Part shown: one piece after another, positions 57,781-64,000 of the stretch
Layout: every line of letters begins with the position of its first letter
How positions within the stretch are numbered: the stretch's first letter is position 1
From: Antedon mediterranea
Taxonomy: Eukaryota; Animalia; Echinodermata
Assembly (NCBI RefSeq): GCF_964355755.1
Contig: NC_092670.1
Coordinates: 1 to 64,000, forward strand
Direction: 5' to 3'
DNA length: 64,000 nt
Made by a program: the position numbers and the translations under genes
The notes under the pieces: model-generated
Seen by the model: only the letters and a program-made list of their open reading frames with translations
What the model was told of the DNA's origin: nothing
The model's database searches: none

Positions 57781-58539
57781 GGATTGGCCAGATACCGAGA
57801 AAAACATTTTTGTGAGGGGGGAATTTCGTTTGCAAGTATATAATTCTGCTGCGGACTGCGACTATAATCGCAACCCACCTATCATCTAGTTTACACTGGA
57901 TCTCCCGTTTGTAATGGAAAATAGAAAAAAATAAAATAACAGAAACTAAAGAGTTGAACGTAATATAAACGAGCCTATGTAATGGTATTAAAGAGCCACA
58001 GATGTTTTGGGAGAGGCGAATTGTAAAAGGACGAAAGGTAAAACAGCGGAAGAAGGCAGCAACGGCGTTCCATAGATCTCTACCAACGACGACACCGCCA
58101 GCTCGAGCTATATTTCCTATACCATCCTGGCTAGTTGAGAATTCTCAACTATTTTATGTTTTTTTCTACCTTTCTGGAAAATGATATAATCCAAATTGTA
58201 TTAATACTACCAGTAGTAAACATTTAGAAACACTTGCATATCTTCACTAATTTTAGTTGTTTGTAGTTTAAGACAATCTTAGTGATATTTAAATGAAAAC
58301 AATACGATAAAAACTATTGTGTCTGTATTTTACAAGACTATGACTTCCGTATAACGTGCATTGTGGGTACTTCAATTTTTATAGAAAAGCTAGGGAATCC
58401 TAATTTAGTAGGCAGCATATGGGGGCGGGGCAACCAAACTTGCTCATCAAATCAAAGCACAGTAAAGCAAAGGATAAAATTAATGTACAATCCAGTTTAC
58501 CACTGTTCTCAACTATAGTCATTTTGGTATACTTGAGCA

Positions 58540-59172
58540 CAGTGATAATACAACAGAAATTTAGCACAGTGTTTTACTATATAACCAGATAAATAATAGG
58601 AAACATTTAATAATTTGATAAATGACATTTAAATAGCAATTTAGGTAAATGTCTTTTGAAATGAAATTAAATAAATTATAACCAATTTGGTTAGAGTAAA
58701 ACACAATGATAAAGAATAGGAAACATTTAATAATATGATAAATTACATTTACATAGCAATTTAGCACTGTGTTTTACTATAACCAATTTGGTTAGAGTAA
58801 AACACAATGATAAAGAATAAGAAACATTTAATAATATGATAAATGACATTTACATAGCAATTTATCACTGTGTTTTACTATAACCAATTTGGTTAGAGTA
58901 AAGCACAATGATAAAGAATAGGAAACATTTAATAATATGATAAATGACATTCACATAGAAATTTATCACTGTGTTTTACTATAACCAATTTGGTTAGAGT
59001 AAAGCACAATGATAATAGGAAACATTTAATAATATGATAAATTACATTTACATAGCAATTTATCACTGTGTTTTACTATAACCAATTTGGTTAGAGTAAA
59101 ACACAATGATAAAGAATAGGAAACATTTAATATGATAAATGACATTTACATAGTAATTTATCACTGTGTTTT
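58540..59172. repeat. ~100-bp tandem repeat, about 6 copies
   Basis: Unit cactgtgttttactataaccaatttggttagagtaaaacacaatgataaagaataggaaacatttaataatatgataaatgacatttacatagcaattta. Confidence 0.88.
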
Positions 59173-59252
59173 GATAGTGTTTTTGTAGTTTTTGATAGCA
59201 CACATTGGTTAAATAATTTCTTTCTCAGTGACATTGGTATACTTTTGTCAGT

Positions 59253-59936
59253 CAAGTTATTAAAATCACTGATGTGGCTTGAAACTATTTTTTCTTTTGG
59301 TTTGCGGATGGAGTAATCGATATTGAACATATATACCAAGTTTGAAATATTTTTAAATTCCAGAAGTATTTTTTCTCGATGTTTTTGTATGTGACTATTT
59401 CCCTGTGCTCCCATTGGTGCCAAATTGGGTCCACAGTGTATAGTATTAACATACGAAAAGATATTAAAATTTAGTGACTTATTTCTATTTTATATCACTG
59501 TGCTCCCCTGGCTCCAAATCGGGTCCACTTGAGCACAGTGTATTACCATACGAAAAGATATTAAAATTCAGTGACTTAATTCTATTTTATATCACTGTGC
59601 TTCACTGGCTCCAAATTGGGCCCACTTCTTGAGCACAGTGTATTAACATACGAAAAGATATTAAAATTCAGTGACTTATTTTCTATTTTATATCACTGTG
59701 CTCCACTGGCTCCAAATTGGTTCCACTTGAGCACAGTGTATTAACATACGAAAATATATTAAAATGCAGTGACTTATTTCTATTTTATATCACTGTGCTC
59801 CACTAGTGCTAAATTTGGTCCACTGGAGCAGCTACCGTAGTACTATTTCTGTTTCGGAAGTAAATAAAGGCATAAATGGCGCTCCGTAGAAGTAGAGAAT
59901 GCTCGATCGTCGAAATGACGCTCTGAATATACCTCC
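59253..59936. mobile_element. Right-hand part of the same 97-bp-array element as 28137-35276
   Basis: About 4 reverse-oriented 97-bp units followed by ...cggaagtaaataaaggcataaatggcgctccgtagaagtagag...ctctgaatatacctcc, near-identical to 34420-34468 joined to 35210-35276. Confidence 0.85.
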
Positions 59937-60047
59937 CATCCCACCACCACACACACACAGCATGCAGCACAAACTAGCACACGTCGTCACACGACACGCA
60001 CGGGACGCGACGCGACGCCTAGGCCTCTAAGATACTCTGCTGGTAAA

Positions 60048-63000
60048 ATGGAAGAAGACCTAACTTTGGAGGATTCGACGGTTCCCAGTAAATCTACTTA
60101 TACTATTGAAAGTAACTCATCCATTATATATATAGTTTTATTTGATGATATAAGCCTTAAATTGTTTTGTATATATTATATTGAGAGAATTAATATAGGG
60201 CTAGGCCTAGGCCTACTAGGGAAACTTGTGTGCTCAACCATATGTTCATTAAATCATCGAGGAGGAGTCTAGGCCTTAGCTCCTCGTCTAGTAGGCTAGG
60301 CCACATGTCTAGACCTTGGCCTAGAGTAGTAGAACTAAGCGATTATTTTTGTCGCGATTTTTTTGGTAGCACATTTTGGACTGTGATAATGTAAATGTTA
60401 ATCGCAATTTGAAATTGTGCAAAGATTTATTTTCCTTTGTCCAATTTTAACCAAAAATACTTTTGCGCATAAAATTAATTCGGATTGATGCAAATAAATC
60501 ACGGTCAGTCTAATTACCAAAAATAACCGAAAACAACCATAAACAACCGAAAACAACCATAAACAACCGAAAACAAACCGAAAACAACATAAAATAATCT
60601 AAATACTGAAAACAAATTTGTATAATATTTTTTAAATGTCGCCCTCTATTGATGGGTGTTTCTAAATCTAAGACCATAACAGAGACAAAAAACCGCGCGC
60701 GCAAAAGCCAAGGAAGACCCTACGATGGTAGTGTGCACAAAATACAACTAAAAACCGTACAATCAATCAATTGATAACATCGCATTTACTTGCAGAATTT
60801 ATAAAAATATTTTAATTTTAGTCTTTCGATTTTTGATCCAGAAACCAGCGCATTACTCCTTTACAATAATTATGAATATGTTAATCCATAGTATAGAAAG
60901 TAAATTGACTATGGTTAATCATGATCAATTTAATTATAGATTTTCAAATATAATTATACAAAGATACTAGGGACTATAAAGTATACTTAAAAGAAGCTCA
61001 CTATAAAGGATTCACAATAAAATCTATTCAGTAAAATTACTGTAGTCGAGTAAATAACGTTTTTATCCTTAATCGCTTCAGTATTCACTTAAGTGACAAA
61101 ACCGGGGACGAAAACGCAAAGTTAGGTAAAAATCATGCTTTGTTTTTTAAAAGACTAAAAACGAAATGTGTTTATAGATTTTGTAAGTAAATGTAGTCTA
61201 CGGTGTATTTCATTGAATTTGTACGATTTTGAGTTGTATTTTAATTTTGTGCACACTACCATTTCGTAGGGTCTTCCATGATTTTTGCGCCTCTGTGTAT
61301 GGTCTTAGCTTTAGAAACACCCATCAATAGAGGGCGACATTAAAAAAAATATTATACAAAATTTGTTTTTGGTATTTAGATTTTTAAAATTTTGTTTTCG
61401 GTTTGTTTTCGGTTTGTTTACGGTTGTTTTCGGTTGTTTGTGGTTATTTTCGGTTGTTTTCGGTAATTAGACTGACCCAATAAATCATGCATAACATAAT
61501 TATAATATTCGCCGTGCGGCGTGGTTAGGATTCCGGCACCGGAACTCAACTGCCCACCGTTAGGGAATCCGACACGCTATTGCGCATGCTCAGAGCGAAG
61601 TAATTACAGCTTGCACTTCTAGTGCAGTGCTGCCACAGACCGCGCACCACACACGCCACCGAGAGTCGGAGTGTTAACTAGGGATTTACTGTAGCCTAGT
61701 TAGTCGTTGCACGGGGGAGAGAGCGATGGATGAAACTTGGCCTTGGCCATAAATGAATTAATAATTAAAATACGACTACGCCACGCGTTTAAATAATTAT
61801 TTTGATATTGATAATAAGAATCAGTATCTATCTAGGAATCGTAATGCTGTAATTTTATTAGACAGAGGAAGTATGAAGTTCGAAACGGGAGAAAAACACA
61901 GGCCTGCCCTAGTGTCATAACGCTTGCGTATTTCAAGAAATGTACGAAAGTGAATAGCGTACTGTAGCGCTGCGACTAAGACTTCCCGAACAGTTCTGTT
62001 TTATCACATCGCCGCGCGGCGGCTGCTGTCAACAATTAAATCAACTTGTATACGATTGCATGTTATGTACAGTATAATGTATTATATGAAATCTTTTATT
62101 TTGTACTTGAAAAATCATAAAACTAGTCCTGTCAGATCGAGATATGCCTTTGTTGCAAATGCTATTCATATAATTAATTCACGTCACCATCGATAAAATT
62201 TTATGTAATACAAGACTACAGTATGTGTAAACAATGAAACTTTATAAAATGTTTTTATATATTTTTAATATTTTTAAACGTTTTTAGCATTTTTAGCCTA
62301 TTTGAAATTTTAGCAATTTATAAATTGTAAGGTTTTAGGAACATTCTAATGGTTTGAATCCTTTTAAAGCTGTTTTAAACTATTTTAATCTCCTGAATCC
62401 TATTCAATTTTAATACCTTGTCATTTTTACACCGTGTTTCATAACTTATATTTTTTTTTTTTTGCAATTATGTGTGTGTACATAATATATTATATTGTAT
62501 ATATCTATTTATTATTTTACTAATAATTGTCAATCTTCAAGAAGAATTTCTGTTGTTATTTTATGATGATGGACAAATAAAGCTATTCAGTATGTAATTA
62601 TAATTAATATTCATAATTATATGTAGTTTATATATGAATGAATTAAGCAACCACTTTTTAATTAATATTCATAATTATATGTAGTTTATATATGAATGAA
62701 TTAAGCAACCACTTTTTAATTACGAAATAAATAGGCCCACTGGTCACATCTAGCTGGTAGGCCTACTACTAGTACTAGTATTAGTTAGTAGGCATCTAGG
62801 CTAGTTCGCCGCGTGGCGCAACCAACTATTAAATGATCCATCGCTGTTACAGTAGTCTTCTGTGCAGAGTATAGAGAGCCGCCGATTACCTCGCTCTGAG
62901 CATGCGCAATAGCGTGTTGAATTCCCTATCGGTGAGCAGTTGAGTTCCGGTGCCGGAATCCTAACCACGGCGTATAATATTTCATATTCTCCACTAGGCC

Positions 63001-64000
63001 TATATACAGTACATATTATAATATTATACCACTTTTTAATCAACTAATCAAAACTGGATTTATGTGCATCAATATTAAAGTAGAGGGCAATTCCCCCTTT
63101 TCCCCACAGGACGTGCTGACCGTTCGTGGGCAACCCACATTGTTTTTTTTGTACAACATAATTTTTTTATAATGTTGTCTGGCATTATCATCGTACATTT
63201 TAAATGGTTACCAAACTGACAAGCACTCGCTTCTTTTGGTATACTATTAAATATTGTAATGTACAATTTGTGAATAAATGTGTACATGAATTTATTTAAG
63301 CTGCTGATCATATCATTGAACAGGTGAAGTTTAAATTGTTTAGTTTGTTTGTTGCATTGTAGTTTTACAGATTCTTAAGGAAACCCAACAACAGCACGGG
63401 TTGCGTCATGGTGATTACCAACGATACAGGTATGTAGTGTGTACACTTTTTGTATGTTCACATTTTACTGTAGATGTAAGTGTGTATTTACTGTACTAAC
63501 CAACTTTTCATACTTTTTTTTATAGAGGGTACTGTTCAAGACGATTGCGTAGAATGCGAAAATCTCTTAAATTTCTTCAAGGAAAGAGAAATAAGTTCAT
63601 CAAACGTGAAATTACTGAAGAAATAGTTACAGATGTTCGGTAATTTCTTTTTTTTTTCAATATTTGACTCCCAGTAATGAGATTTAAAATAAATCAACAT
63701 AATAATTTTCAATGTTTATGCAGCTGCTACTGTAGAAGCTACGATTTTTGTCCTAAAACAGTAACCAAATGCTACAGAAGACCTAATAACTTTTCTCTAA
63801 ACACATAATATTGATTGTATAAAACAACAGTTAAAACATATATATTTTTGTATGTGTGCCTTAGGTTTCTCTATTTACCACTTATTCATTCGGAACGAGC
63901 ATGGGGACATGCAATGCAACTGAAACAGGAAGCCAACACTGAACCAAGGAAACGATTTCATCTGACTGCTAGGCTATGTAAAGCTGTTAAGTATGCTGAG
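60048..64000 (+). CDS. SRP68: Signal recognition particle subunit SRP68, 5' part (runs off the window)
   Basis: Exons 60048-60111, 63363-63429, 63526-63639 and 63865->64000. Translation ..[43 protein letters not shown]...SERAWGHAMQLKQEANTEPRKRFHL is the SRP68 RNA-binding N-terminus. Exon 1 is less certain than exons 2-4. Confidence 0.94.
60502..61478. mobile_element. 977-bp Mutator-like MITE in SRP68 intron 1
   Basis: TIRs of about 250 bp starting cggtcagtctaattacc with CGAAAAC repeats; 9-bp TSD AATAAATCA at 60493-60501 and 61479-61487. Confidence 0.88.
61510..62972. mobile_element. 1463-bp Mutator-like non-autonomous element in SRP68 intron 1
   Basis: TIR cgccgtg..gttaggattccggcaccggaactcaactg...gcgcatgctcagagcg (about 85 bp); 9-bp TSD TATAATATT at 61501-61509 and 62973-62981. 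Confidence 0.88.

Overview
Left chromosome end of an AT-rich invertebrate animal with (TTAGGG)n telomeres, read by eye with no database searches. Order from the end: about 1.45 kb telomere, (AGAC)n and an 11-bp satellite, two decayed LINE RT fragments, then a nested stack of non-autonomous DNA transposons (6.3-21.3 kb). Three intron-containing + strand genes follow: TCTEX1D2/DYNLT2B (5 exons, 139 aa), COP9 signalosome subunit 1 GPS1/CSN1 (13 exons, 485 aa) and the first four exons of SRP68. Introns and spacers hold many private minisatellites and MITEs with readable target-site duplications (TSDs) of 2, 5, 6, 7, 8 and 9 bp. I see no new enzyme-encoding system, and most ORFs in the track are repeat artefacts. 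The most unusual features are: (i) two independent CSN1 minisatellites built from an exon 3' end plus its splice donor, one forming a bank of in-frame 69-nt pseudo-exons; (ii) the same transposon end, carrying ETS- and YY1-like motifs, 110-130 nt upstream of both the CSN1 and SRP68 start codons; (iii) two inverted Mutator-like elements sharing one 9-bp target present three times; and (iv) a probable healed-break patchwork next to the telomere.
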